Origin: the human T2T-CHM13v2.0 reference genome, Homo sapiens
Length of the DNA stretch: 64,000 nt
Assembly: GCF_009914755.1 (NCBI RefSeq)
Contig: NC_060934.1
Direction: 5' to 3' (one strand)
Position 1 is the stretch's first letter. Each line of letters begins with the position of its first letter. This document shows positions 1 through 13,950 of this stretch, one piece after another. The notes under the pieces are model-generated. The model saw only the letters and a program-made list of their open reading frames with translations. It made no database searches and had not been told where the DNA came from. The position numbers were made by a program, and so were the translations under genes.

Positions 1-713
1 TTTCTCAGTGAAAATATTACTTATTTGGAGAGTGGTCCAGGCCAACTTTGAAGAAGTCTAACAGAAGGAGAAAAGCTGCAAGGATGAGGTGAATCAGGCC
101 CTGAAGTTTATCTGGCTGTACAACTCAGATCAAATCAAGAGCTGGCCCACTGCTTATTGACCGCTGACCTCTGGACTGAGACTTCCAGAATGTTCCCCAG
201 CATGGTGGTCATGGTGGCAGTTTTTGTTTACCTTCAAGCAGGATGTTTTGAGAGCCGGTTGAGAAATGATGCTAATTTGTATGGCAAACTTTCAAGTCGA
301 AATTGTCTGTGGGTTTTCTGCTGCTTATTGAAATCTGAACTAAAAGCAAAACCTATGATTTCTGCCACTCGGGTTTAATAACAGAAAACAAAGCAATCAC
401 ATAAACAGACCCCTTTTATTGACTAGAGGCCCCAACTTCTCCCTTCTTGAAACATGAGTCATTGGGAAATAGAACTTATACCATAAGCAGAAACCGGATA
501 CCCTTAGAATCAGAAGTATCTCCAACACTAATTGGATTAAAAATCACTAAGCGCTCTCACAGACTGGAGCATTCAAATCAAATTAGCCACCATCTTATTT
601 TGTGAAAATAAAGAATTAGTGCCTTGTGTGTACATTTTCATCACAAGTTAATGAGGGACGTAGCATGACTGAAACTGCTCACGTTACCGGAATTCAGATA
701 TCACCAAATGCCC

Positions 714-1051
714 TTTTCTTTTTTCTTTTTCTTTTTCTTTTCTTTTTTTTTTTTTTTTTTTTTTTTTTTGAGACAGAGTATTTCTCTGTCATCCAGGCTG
801 GAGAACAGTGACATGATCTCAGCTCATTGCAACCTCTGCCTCCTGGGTTCAAGTGGTTCTCCTGCCTCAGCCTCCTGAGTAGCTGGGACTACAGGCTTGC
901 ACCACTACCCCCAGCTAATTTTTGTATTTTTAGTAGAGACAGGGTTTCGCCATGTTGGCCAGGCTGGTCTCAAACTCCTGACCTCAAGTGATCTGTCTGC
1001 CTTGGCCTCCCAAAGTGCTGAGATTACAGGCGTGAGCCACTGTGCCCGGCC
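714..1051 (-). mobile_element. Alu (AluS, Sx/Sz-like)
   Basis: T-rich tail followed by an antisense Alu dimer ending ...TGTGCCCGGCC; CCTTTTC is repeated on both flanks (TSD). Confidence 0.97.
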
Positions 1052-2059
1052 CCTTTTCATTTTTTTTCATGCAAAAGCTGAACTGGAATCCTAAAGTTCT
1101 CCAGCTGAATTCTTTCCTAAGGTAGCAAGGCAGAACTCCTCACTTTGCAAATGAGAACATGGAAGTCTAAAGAGTCTGTGATGAGCTCTAGACCTTGCAG
1201 TGGTTTGACAGCAACACATACAGGTAAGACCCAGCTGTCCTCACCTGCAATGCTGTATGTGCTCTGGTGATTCCACTAGTGTTTCCTTGAGATAAAGGGA
1301 GATGCAGTGATCATTCCAAGTGGGAGTGACCCATCGAGCAGCCCAGCTACTGGCTTTGGGTAAACCAGAGCCCTGTGATCTTCCTGGCTCATAATATAAT
1401 ATGATCCACATCAGCTCCTCACAGCAATCCACTGATGCAGGAGGAAAGAGAGCAAAGGCCAGGCAAGCAGGCAGAGGACCTCTGCTTCTGGTTAGAACGT
1501 AAGAGAACGGGAAAGACCTTTGTTTCTGAGAGAACTACAAGAAAAGCTGGGACAAAATAAAAAGTGTGCTTCTCTACCAGGCTAGTTAAGAGCAGTGGGA
1601 TGCAAGAAATCTTGGATGACCTGAACTCCAGAGAGAAGTGAGACCTTTATGGTGAGCAGCTTCCACACCTGCGGGAGGGAGTCAGATCCCTGAATTACAA
1701 GATGGAGGAGGGTCCTGCTGGAGCCAGGGAGACTCTGCAGGGATGGGGAGAACTCAGCTGAGCCTGACTGTGCCAGCTGGCAGGGTGGATGGCATCTGGA
1801 GGAGCCCCAAACAAAGCACTCAGCCCAGTAATTCAGCCTGCCTAGACCACACCCAGTCCCAAATTTTGTTGAGGAGGTGGCAGTGGAAGAGAAACTGGAA
1901 AACATGCCCCGTGGTGCTTGGATTCAGAAGCCCAGAGTTTACCTCACGAGGAACCAAGGGCATCTGGAATCGCAGCTTAACCCCTTCTTACCTGAAATAC
2001 TGACAAGATCAGCAAGGTATCTCCACTGATACTGAAATGCAGAGCACCCAAAAGGGCAA

Positions 2060-2670
<611 letters not shown>

Positions 2671-2724
2671 AGGGGCTATTTTATTTTTAATCTCTTTTCT
2701 TCTCTCTCATTGGAGAGAAAAAGT

Positions 2725-3126
2725 GAAGGGACATGCTGCCCAGATGTGCCATCAGGATGGGAGCACTACTTCCCCTAGCTGCTGCAAGATGTAGATATTG
2801 TAGCCTCTTGCTGAGCCCCTCTCCAGAATTACCATTGGTCCTAAGAAGCAGTCTCACCCAAAGATACATCCCTTACCTGGAGGCAGCCTGCATCCTATTA
2901 CTCACTGATGAAGGGGCACAGGGTTCCAGCCGTCTTGCCTCAACTGGAAAGAGTCCAGTTCCAGAGCTCCCCACAGGATTGGCTGAGTCTGCTGTTGCAA
3001 CTGGATCATAGTTTATTCCCCCTGCCCACTTCTGCTTCCCTCACCCCTCGCAGGGGCTGGTCCTGAGACCACTCATAGGAAACCTCCTGCACACAGTCTG
3101 TTTTCTGGGGAACTTGACCTATGAAC
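2725..3126 (+). mobile_element. ERVL-class LTR (LTR16B-like), 5' LTR
   Basis: Matches recalled LTR16B motifs: CCAGAGCTCCCC..GGATTGGCTGAG..TGTTGCAACTG and AAACCTCCTGCAC..GTCTGTTT..GGGGAAC..GACCTA. Confidence 0.75.
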
Positions 3127-4900
3127 GTTGGTCCCAGCAGCATGTTGGAGCTGTCATCTGCTAGCTGCTTCAGTGAAGACCTCATCACTGGTGGTAGGCA
3201 CTTGCAGTTATGATTCACTTGTTAAAATTTTCACTGGTGGTGAACTAGGACATGATACTTGGGAAGAAACTGCTCTGGCAGATGCGAGATCTCAGGTGTT
3301 TAAGAGTTTTGGGGGAAATAGTAATTATAAGAACTATGGAATCAGATGGTTGTTGCTAGAAGCTGTTAATTCATTGGAGAAATTTAATAAAAGACTAAGT
3401 GATTAAACACCAATATAAGGCAAGGTACACATACCAGAGGACCTCTTGGCTTTTATATGAAGCCTATGAAAAGACTATTATCCTCTGCAACTGCAGGGCA
3501 GATACAGCTGAGAAGCAGGCCCCAGGTTTAATTATAAGAGTAGAAATGCTGAAAGCAACACTGAAGTTTAGTCCTGGCAGGTCGGCTAGGCCAAAGTCAG
3601 TTCTATGATTAGGAAAGAGTGGGATGGGGACATTTGGGTTCATATATTAAAACATCTCAAGTTCTCAAGTTCCCAGATCCTCTGGAATTCTCTAGGCCTG
3701 GAATAGTATCCTACTCTTCTCCTTAAAGGCTAATGCCTGCTTTTGCATGAAGATGATGATGAGGTTCTGCTTTGCAAGACAATGCATGACAACTCCCTCC
3801 TTCTCCCCTCAAAAATCTACTCTTGGCCACCAGACCCATAGGTAAGGTCAAGCCACAACATATTCTAGCCAGAAAAGTGTAAACGTGCTAAGGGAAGAAA
3901 CGAACTATAGCCCAGAGAGCTGTGGGACCCAGCCAATATGTCCTACAAGTACCACAAGCACATGTGCAGGAGGGAATAGAGAGACTGCTGGACAAAGTGG
4001 GATGAAATGCAAAGCTGGATGGGGAAAATGTATTGCTATGGAAGCACTCTCCTTTGATGCAACATTTAACATCCTGGTAAGGACCCCAGGAGTTGGACGC
4101 TTAGAAAATGTGATGCCAAGTCAAATGGAGATGTCAGATCATGGAGGATGGGGAAGGAAGGGATGAAAGGCTCAGAAAATAGGCAAGCTAGAGTGGATAT
4201 ACCACACAAGGCCAGAGAACCGAACAGCTGATAGGTTTTTTTTTCACAAGAGGGCCTAGAAGAATGCTGTATTTGCCAAAGCAAGAAGAATACGCCGGTG
4301 AGAGGGCAAGTGTCATGAAGAAGCTCAGTGGGTGCTCTTCTCTGAAGGTCAAGACTATTACAGGATATCCAAAGGTAGATGATATAGGCCTGGGCTCCCT
4401 AGTAACAATGGGACTGATAGAGGTAGCACTTACTGTCCAATGCAAGGTGTTTGTAGTCATCATAATGTAATTATCATAAGGGGCAGCAAAGTGGGTGTGA
4501 CAGCTAGTGGGATCTAACCCACAAAGAGCTACGGAAATGGTAAAAAGAAATTTGCATTCGAGGGGAAAAACAGGCAGCCAACAAAGTATTATTGCTCAAC
4601 CTCTACAACTAAAATAAACCAAGGATGGCTCATCAGGAAGCTGAGGGCAAGACGGACTGAAGAAGAAGCTAATCTCCCAGACCTTCCTCCAAAGGGACCT
4701 GCAGCCATTTCCTTGGGTAACTGGACTCTGGGGAGGGTAAATGCCCAAACATTTTGAAGATGTTGGACACGGATTGTTGTTGACATTGATACCTGGGGAC
4801 CTGAAACAAGAATGAACACTCCATTAGAGGGGGTGAACATAAGACCCAGATAATAAATAAAGTCCTGAACAAAATTCAGTTCACAGTCAGCTCAGATATG
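3127..4900 (+). mobile_element. Decayed ERVL internal region (ERV3-16A3-int-like, gag/pro)
   Basis: Begins GTTGGT directly after the LTR, is purine-rich, and contains a recognisable ERVL protease remnant. Confidence 0.65.
4693..4888 (+). pseudogene. Frameshifted ERVL aspartic protease remnant
   Basis: Piecewise translation RDLQPFPWVT-WGG*-AQTF*-LDT-LTLIPGDLK-QIINKVLNKIQFTV parallels the HERV-L pro region as recalled (VTVHWGKG..QTF..LLDTGSELTLIPGDPK..QVINGVLAQV.LTV). Confidence 0.7.
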
Positions 4901-5033
4901 TCTTCTGAGTAGGTATACCGGGCTGGCAAAGGCAGTCTAATGAAGGCAATCATGGGTTCTAGATTTAGGATGGCAAACCTCACCATACAAATGGCAGGAT
5001 TACACCTGCTGGGCATGAAATAGTAGGTAATAG

Positions 5034-5135
5034 CTGCTTCCCCTAACTGCTACAAGAGGTAAATACTGTAGCCTCTGCTGAGCGCCTCTCCAGAGTTACC
5101 CTTGGTCCCAAGAAGCAGTCTCACCCAAATATACA
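5034..5135 (+). repeat. Second partial copy of the LTR16-like sequence at 2766-2868
   Basis: Hand alignment gives about 11 mismatches and 1 gap over ~102 bp. Confidence 0.9.
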
Positions 5136-5140
5136 GCTTA

Positions 5141-5315
5141 TATTAGAGCATGAGCTTTGAAACCAGACAGAGGTGTATTCACATCCCAGTTCTGCCACTC
5201 AGTAACTAGGATTCTTGACAAGGTAACCTCTCTGAGCCTCAGTTTTTTGATCTTTAAAATGGGAATATTACTAACATCTTCATAAGGTTATTTTCACATG
5301 TAGAAGAGACAATAA
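5141..5315 (+). mobile_element. MIR
   Basis: MIR core AACCTCTCTGAGCCTCAGTTT...TAAAATGGGAAT. Confidence 0.85.
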
Positions 5316-6585
5316 GTGGTTAACCCTCAGCCCAATGCTGGGCACTACAGAGATGGCAGCTGTTATGATGAGAGTTACTGTGAAAAGGGTTTGGAAATTT
5401 GCAGCAATGCGTTCCGACCATGAAGTCTTGGACACACCAATTTGGATGGTGGTTGCAGAAGTGTGTGCTGCTGCCCAGGGGTGTTGCTGTGGAAGGACCT
5501 TGACAGGCAATGGGAGGCAGGAGCTCCGCAAACATGAAAATGTCACAGGAACCTCTGAGATGTGTCACCTGGAGCCACAACAGATGACAGAGATGGCAAA
5601 ACATCTGCTTTAGTTTTGTTCAGAGCAAAGAGCTCAAGAAAAGTGAGGATCAAATTCTACAGAACTGTTCCCATTCCCTTCTTGTCTCTCTTTTCCTGGC
5701 TCAGAATGATCTTGACAATGAAGAGGCAGTAGGAGACTTACTACCTCTGTAGCCAGAACAAGCTGAAAACAGAAGCAGGCCTCGGGGCATTGGGTTCACT
5801 TAGAGGATGATTGATGCTGAGATGCTTCAGTTATTCAGAATCCAGCAATCTGGTAACCTCGTGTATCCGGGATGTTATAGAAAATGTGGAAGTAAGTCTG
5901 CAAAACATCTCAGGTGTCAAAAGAGAAATATCAAAGTATACTCACAATATGCAAGGAGAGAAGAGGAGAGGCCCTTTCCCTGAGCCCTCAGTAAGGCTTA
6001 TCTGTTTCTATTTTCCCCACAGCGGTACAAGCTGCTTCCCTGTCCTGACAAGCACAATAAAAGGTGCAAACCTGAGGAACGTGGGGACCTCACAGAGGCA
6101 GGCGCAGCCGGCTCATCGAGATGTGTGGACAGCAGAAAGCGAGTGAGGCAAGAGAAAATCAGCACAGGGTAAACATCAGAGATCAAAGGGCAGCAGCTGG
6201 AGTCACTGGGTGGAGAAGCAGTGCAACTGTGGCTTACCCAGGCAGCCAGGGTTCCAGGAGATTCTTCTAGGCCAGAGCTCTGACATATTCACCAAACAGC
6301 TGACAACTTTGCCTTTTGCATGGGAAATAAGTGGAAATGAATCTTGGCCATCCACCACTGGTTTCGAAAAGATCCAGGCAAGGTCTGTGTGCACCTGCCA
6401 CACAAAAATGAATTTCATGTGATTGCAACAAACAGAACAATAGTGCAAGCAAAATTCCTAGGAAAACTTTTGTCCAGAGGTAATGCCAGCTGGTTGTAGC
6501 ATTGCAACTAAAGTTCAGAGAGGGACTCACTCATTCCACAGGGCTCCAGTGGGGTTTTGGACTTACAACTGGATGTCATCACCTC

Positions 6586-6990
6586 TGCGGGTGCCTGAAT
6601 AATGACTCTCATAGATTTTCAGGGTTATACTCTGGAACAACTTGTAGTTGTTATTAATACCTTACATTACAAAACGGGTTTTGCAGATGTGATTAAGGTA
6701 AGGATTTTGAGATGGGGAGATTATCTTGGATTATCTAGGTGGGCTCTAAATGTAATCACAAGGATCCTTATAAGATACTTATAAATATGAGGAGGGGGAA
6801 GAGAGATGACTATAGAAGAAGAAAAGGCAATATGGTGGCAGAATTCTGGGACAGCTGGTGGGAGGTTGGAAGATGCTTTTCTACTGGCTTTGAAGATGGA
6901 GGAAGGAGTCATGTGCCAAGGAATACAGGTGGCTGCTAGAAGCTGAAAAAGGCAAGAAACAGTTCTCCCTGGGAGCCTCCTGAAGTAACC
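6586..6990 (+). mobile_element. MaLR LTR (MLT1D-like), partial
   Basis: TTTGCAGATGTGATTAAG..GAGATGGGGAGATTATC..GGCTTTGAAGATGGAGGAAGG..CTAGAAGCTG. Confidence 0.85.
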
Positions 6991-7142
6991 AACCAAACAT
7001 TGAAAGGGTAGAGGGAAGTGTTCAGTGTTGGTCAGACATGTGAAAAAATAATTCATGATCCATTCAGAAACTGATCACCATACACTTATCAGTTAGAGGG
7101 CTAAAGCTAGTGTAGCAACATTTAGAGAATGTATAATATCTG

Positions 7143-7435
<293 letters not shown>

Positions 7436-7569
7436 TGTATAATACCATTTTTAATGTAATATCATTTTGTATCGAGAAAAAAGGAACAACAGAAAAATTC
7501 TGACTGGCCTCCATATCTCTTGGTGGCCCACATTTTCAACTTCCTCAGTTAATTTTTTCCACCTTTTTC

Positions 7570-10130
7570 TTCAATGGCTTGATTGAGATCTATTTCACAT
7601 ACCTTATAATTCACATACTTTAAAGTATACAATGCAGTAGTGTTCAGTATATTTACAAAATTTTGCAACCATCCCCATTATCTAACTCCAGAACATTTTC
7701 ATCACCCTAAAAAGAAAGCTCATGTGCATTGGTAGTCACTCCCCATGTTACCACAGCCCTCATCCCTAGGCAATCATTAATCTACTTCCTGTCTCTATAG
7801 ACTAACCCATTCTAGACATTTTATGTAAATGGAATCATACAATATGTGGCCTTTGGGTCTGGCTTCTTTCAGTTAGCATAAAGTTTTTAAGGTTCATCCA
7901 TGTTTATCAGTATCAGTACTTCATTCCTTGTTAAGGCTACTATTCCATTGTATGGATATACCATGCTTTATCCATTCATCAGCTGATAGACTTTTGGGCT
8001 ATTATATATAATATTGACATGTATGAATTTTCATATGGACATATATTTTCAACTATCATGGGCATACTGTACCTGGCATAAAATTGCTGGATCATATGGT
8101 AACTCTATGTTTAACTTTTTAAGGAATTGCCAGACAACTTTCCAAGATCATGACACCCTATTACATTCCCATCAGCAATCTATGAGTTGTCCAGTTCCTC
8201 CACATCTTTGTCAATACTTGTTACTGTCTGCCTTTTTGATTATAGCTATTCTAATGGGTGTGAAGTGATATTTCATTGTGGTTTTGACTTGCACTTCCCT
8301 AATGACCAATGATGTTGAATATCCTTTCATGTGTTAATCATTTATTTGAATATCTTCATCAGAGAAATGTCTATTCAGACCGTTTGCCTATTTTTAAATT
8401 GGTTTGTCTGTCTTTTTGTTGTTGAGTTGTAAGAGTTCTTTATATATTCTGGATATAATTTCCTTATCAGATATATGATTGGCAAATATTTTCTCCCATT
8501 GGGTGGGTTGTCTTTTTACTTTCGTAATAGCATACTTTGAAGCACAAACGTTTTAAATTTTGATTAAATTTGATTATCTGGATATTTTTTGTTCCTTGTG
8601 CTTTAGGTGTCATATCTAAGAAGTCATTGCCTAACCTAAAGTCATCAAGATTTACACATATTTCCTTCTAAAAGATTTGTTGTTTTAGTTCTATATTTAG
8701 GTCTATGATCTATTTTAAATTAATTTTTGTATACTGTGTGGGGCAGGGATCCAACTTCATTTGTTTGCATGTGAATATATAGTTGTTTCAGTATAATTTG
8801 TTGAAAAGACTGTTCTTTCCCCCATTGAATGGTCTTGGCACTTTTCTTGAAAATCAATTGACTACAGATATATGGGTGTATTATTGGACTCACAATTCTG
8901 TTCCATTAATCTATATGTCTATCTTTATGCCAGTACCACACAGTCTTGGTTACTGTAGTTTTATAGTAGTTTTTGAAATCTTTGCATGAATCCTCCAACT
9001 TTATTCTTTTTATTTTTCAAGATTGTTTTGGCTATTCTGGGTCCTTTGAATTTCCATAAATACTTTGGAATCACTTGTCAATTTACACATGCACATACAT
9101 ATACAAAGGCAGCTGGAGTTTTGATAGAACTTGTATTGAATATTGAATTCATAGACCATTTGGGGAAGTATTGCCATCTTAACACTATTAAGTCTTCCAA
9201 TTCATAAATTCTTTATATTTAATCTTTTGAAATTCTTCAACAATGTTTTATAGTTTTCAGTGTGTATATCTTATACGACTTTGTTTAAATCGATTCCCAA
9301 GCATTTTATTCTTTTTTATACTATTGTAAATGGAATTGTTTTCTCAATTTCATTTTCAGATCATTCTTTGCTATTGTATAGAAATATAATTGATTTTATA
9401 TACTTATCTTGTGTTCTGCAACCTTGCTGAACTGATTTAGTAGTTCTAATATATTTTAGTGGATTCCTTAGGATTTTCTACAAGATTATACAGTCTACAA
9501 TATTATGTCATCTGCAAATGGAGGTAGTTTTGTGTCTTCATTTCTAGTCAGGATGATTTTTATTTCTTTTTCCTGGCTAATTTTCCTGGCTAAAACCTCC
9601 AGTGCAATATTGATTAGAAGTGCCAAAAATGAACATTTTTTTCTTGTACCTGATTTTTAGGGGGAAAGCATTCAGTCTTTTACCTCTTTTTGGCTATGGG
9701 CTTATTATAGATACCCTTTGTGTTAGTTCATTCAGGCTGCTGTAACAAAATATAATAAACGGGGTGGCTTATGAACAATAGACATGTATTTTTCACAATT
9801 CTGGAAACTGGGAGGTCCAAGATCAAGGTGCTGGCGGATTCAGTGTCTGGTGAGGGCCAACCTTCTGATTGATCTTTTCTCTGTGTCCTCACATGGTGAA
9901 ATGAGTAAGGGAGATCTCTCGAGCCTCTTCCATAAGGGCACTAATCCCATTCATGAGGGCTTCACCCTCACAGCCTAATCATCCCCCAAATGTCCACCTT
10001 CTAACACCATCCCCTTGCAGGTTAGGATTTCAACATATGAATTTCGGGGGGACACATTCAGACCACAGCACCCTTTCTCAGGTTGAGGAAGTTCCCTCCT
10101 ATTCCTACTTTCTGAGTGTTCCCTGTTTCT
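7570..10130 (-). mobile_element. L1MB-type LINE-1 (3' UTR and ORF2 end), interrupted by MLT1A
   Basis: Antisense L1MB 3' end (CCAGAACATTTTCATCACC..GGAATCATACAATATGTGG) followed by T-rich antisense ORF2 sequence. Confidence 0.9.
9719..10070 (-). mobile_element. MaLR solo LTR (MLT1A/MLT1A0)
   Basis: TG...CA ends, 5-bp TSD CCCTT (9714-9718, 10071-10075), motif AAGGGCACTAATCCCATTCATGAGGGC. Confidence 0.92.
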
Positions 10131-10375
10131 TTAAAAAACAAAAATTATGCCCAGCTTAGGGCATAATTATGTCCCCCTCCATTATCTTATTTCCATATCA
10201 TTCAATTCCAGCTTAGAGCTGTCTGAATGTCTCGTTTTGTACATTCAAGAAGGTATTGTCATATCTGATGCTCACAGTGACAACTCAAAGACTAAAAATT
10301 CTGTGATATCCCAAGTTTCAGGAGGCACAGCACTATATAAAACACTTTGAAATATTTCTGTCCAAAGTGGTTTAA

Positions 10376-10723
<348 letters not shown>

Positions 10724-11049
10724 GTGGTTTAAATAAAGTGAAGAGTATTACTGCTCAAAAGGTGAACTCCCCTGCCCACCCGGTTCCCCAGTGAAGTCCT
10801 GCGCTGCTTGCTCTGTTTCCTTCTCCATGTCAGTTAAAATCAACACATTCCTTTTATCACCCGATGAGGAAACAGGTCCCTCTCAAGCCTGCAACTGGTT
10901 ATCTTCCAAGTCCTTTAGTTCTTCTTCCTTTATCCCCACTAATTGCAAGTCTCCCTCCATTATCTTCTTATTTCCACATTGTTCAATTCCAGTGGAATAC
11001 AGGAATTGGCCCATGGGGAAGAGCAGAAAAACGAAAGGAATGAAAATGC

Positions 11050-11110
11050 TTCAGTGTTTCAGGAGATTTGAAGATGTTTCAGGAGATTTCAGTGTTTCAG
11101 GAGATTGAAG
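11050..11110. repeat. Three tandem copies of TGTTTCAGGAGATT (period 18-20)
   Basis: Core starts at 11055, 11075 and 11093. Confidence 0.9.
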
Positions 11111-11869
11111 CTGCAGTGAGGATGAGCCTCCCTGATCCCCTTCTCCTCCCGTGTCCCTGCTGGACTAAAGGAGTTCCCATGAGGGAGGCTGGCAGCTGAC
11201 AGGATCACCCAGGACTAGGACTTGTGGCCCCCAGACCACTCCTGGATGTGCCCCATAGCGGCCCCTGAAGGCGCTGCCTCCTTCTTTGCTGGGCCTCAGC
11301 CTCTTTGCTGGGCCTTGGGTCTCGGGACCTCCAAGGCATGTCATCTTCTTTCTCTGTGTCCTCCACTGCTCAGATTGTGGCTGCCTCAGCCATGGCAAAT
11401 GGCAAGGACCCCAGTTTCACTTCCCGGCCCACCCAGACACCAGGCAGAAACTCTAATAACCACTTTTCTGGGTTTCTACATCCTGTGTCTCTGGATGACT
11501 AATCATCTCCAGAGCATGAACAATTGAGTCATCTCAAGCCCCAGGCTTGAATTTGTGCACAAGGCAACCAGCTTCTCCTCGGCAGGCTCTGGGAGCACTG
11601 GCTGAAGTAGGTGTGGCCCTCCTAAGTCACCATCCTGGCCTGGAACTCTTGGAGCACAATAGGCTCCTCCGGGTTTGTTGAAGAGCCTTTGCTCAACTGA
11701 ACCTCTTTATTGTAGGCTTTTGCTCCTTTCTGAACAGGCTCTTACAAGTAGAGCATGCAAGATCGCATTATGTTTAGAGTCCCCATGAGGCCATGCTCTG
11801 CAGGCGGCCTTGGGACACCAGCGCATCCTCTTCTGGGAACAGAACTCCAAGCTCCTTTGAATAACAACT

Positions 11870-12290
11870 ACTCCCCTTCTCTCTGAGCTGACTCAGGCCG
11901 GCCAATTGACATAATTCCAATCTCTGGTGACAGTTATTGCTTCAGGGATTGGCACATAACCCAAGTTTGTCCTACTAGAATAAATCCTGGGACTTATTTA
12001 TAAGCTGACAGAAAGAGATGTATTCTTTTTTCCACAGCCTCTATCCTGAAGAGCGTTGGACCCTGGAGCTGCTGGCCACATCTTGATCTGCCATATGTGG
12101 TCCAAGAATGAAGTCAACACGAAGGAGAATGAAGGTGCTGAGGGATAAAGTTATTGACATTCTAGGAGCTCCTGGATCAAACCATGCCTGAACTCAATTT
12201 ATCCCTTGAACTTTTCAATTACATGAATAAATCCTCCTTTTGCCTGAGTCAATGTGGATTAGTATCATTGGCATTCAGAAGATTCCTAAA
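11870..12290 (+). mobile_element. Old MaLR LTR (MLT1K/L-like)
   Basis: GGAGCTGCTGGCCACATCTTG..CCTGGATCAAACCATGCCTGAA..CTTTTCAATTACATGAATAAA. Confidence 0.75.
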
Positions 12291-12693
12291 GTCTCAGGTC
12301 TTCTGCACATCTATAACCATGGCAATTGCGGTCCTGCTCTCCTTTCCCCTCCCCTGAGCAGGCAAGCTTTCCTTCTCTATCATGTAAACCTCCTGGGTCA
12401 TTCAGAGTATTTCTCAAATGTTACCTGGAGTTTCCCAAGACTTCAGTTCTCACTGACCATTTACTTCTTAAACTGCTAGGATGATAACCTATAACTTTGC
12501 ATCTAACCAATCCCTTAGCACTTTCCTTAGAGACTTCTTAGAGATCTTTTTGATGCCTAAGGGTAGGAATCAGGGCTTCTCTATCTTGTATATGCACTGC
12601 CCCCCACCCACAGGTCCATAGAATAACAGCTGAGGACCTGTAGCTCTAGAAGGGCAGGGACTGTCAAACATGCCAGACTGCACATGGTAGTTA

Positions 12694-12707
12694 CCACTAG
12701 AGGGCTC
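12694..12707 (+). promoter_or_regulatory. CTCF motif
   Basis: CCACTAGAGGGCTC fits the CTCF core CCASYAGRKGGC. Confidence 0.55.
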
Positions 12708-13584
12708 TGGGTATGGGCAATAAGCAGGACTTCTGCATTTTACATCTATGTTATCATTCGAGTCTTGTATGAGCATTTATTTTACAAATCTCTATCTTGC
12801 AAAGCAAACCCTTAGTGTGAATAACTGAGGAGTGGTGGATCGGCCAGCTCTTCCGTGCAGTGTTCTAAAGCCTCTTGCTCCTGTCTCTCCTGTGGGAAAC
12901 CCATAGTTACGGCTTCAAGCAGAGACCCAAGCACCACCTCAGGGTCTTGACCTTGTGTGGGAATAATCTATCACCAAGATGCAGACAGAGACAAACTGCT
13001 TCACAGAGCATTTTATCCCCTAGAAAATCCCCAACCCCAGCATCCTGGGTGCTGCCCAACCTCTTCAAATACAAAGGCAAATAAAATAAATAAAAGTAAA
13101 TATTGTACTCATAAGCAACAGAATGCCTAGCAACCAAGAACAAGGGAGGGCTGGAGGAAGAAGGTTGACTTTCGCAGGCCCTTGTGTATAAACTGCAGTA
13201 AAAGTCTTCTCTGTGTGAATAATATATTTTTGAGCGTTAAATTATAGAAGGTGTAAGGAATGCTAAGGCTGAGACCCAACAGAGAGAGCTGGCCCCACCC
13301 TGAATGGGAGGGGCAGGGGTCTCCTTGGTCTTTGTCCCTGCTGACTGGTATTGAGGGAGGGGGAGTCTCCGCTGTAGCTTCAGGAATGGAACACAGGGCA
13401 CCAGGCCTCAGTTAATCCCTTTAGGGACCCTTAGCCCTGAAACAATGCTGGTGCAACCCCACATGTAACTCAGAAGAAAATGTTAAGTCACGAAATAAAT
13501 GTAAGAGCTCTGATGTTTTTCTATAACACCCATTTCAATGCTTTGTTAGAAAGTATGTACGTAAAGCACATGACATTGTTCTCA

Positions 13585-13950
13585 TTAAATTTTTTTGTTA
13601 CGAAAACTTTTAAACACACTCAGAAGAGTAGGATTTTTGAACCTCTCATCTGGGTACAATATTATTAAAATTCTGCCACATCTGCCTTGTTGATCTTTTT
13701 GCTCTTTTTCTTGGTTAAACTATTTGGAAGCAAATCCAAGGCATCATGTCATTTCATCTGCACATACCTTGGTATAATCCATGAAAATTATGGACATATT
13801 CTCATATAACCATAAAGCCAGTATCATACCTTAATGAGTTGGGTATGTTCTGTTTGTTTTTGTTTTGGGCATCCTCCAACCTCCAGTACCTAACCCATTA
13901 TCAGATTTCCCTGATTGTCTCAAAGGGTCTTTTGCATTTGTTGTGTGTTC
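13585..13950 (-). mobile_element. Old L1 (L1MC-like) 3' UTR fragment
   Basis: AAGCAAATCC..CATCATGTCATTTCATC..GGACAT..CATATAACCATAA..ATTTCCCTGATTGTCTCAAA. Confidence 0.6.

Noticed and set aside
6520-6580. Possible further LTR16 fragment
   Set aside because: Too short and diverged to support by eye.
10790-11000. Acidic minus-strand reading (..GIKEEELKDLEDNQLQA*..) suggestive of a pseudogene or transposase tail
   Set aside because: Interrupted by a stop, no family recognised, no poly(A) or TSD; a tBLASTn or Dfam hit would be needed.
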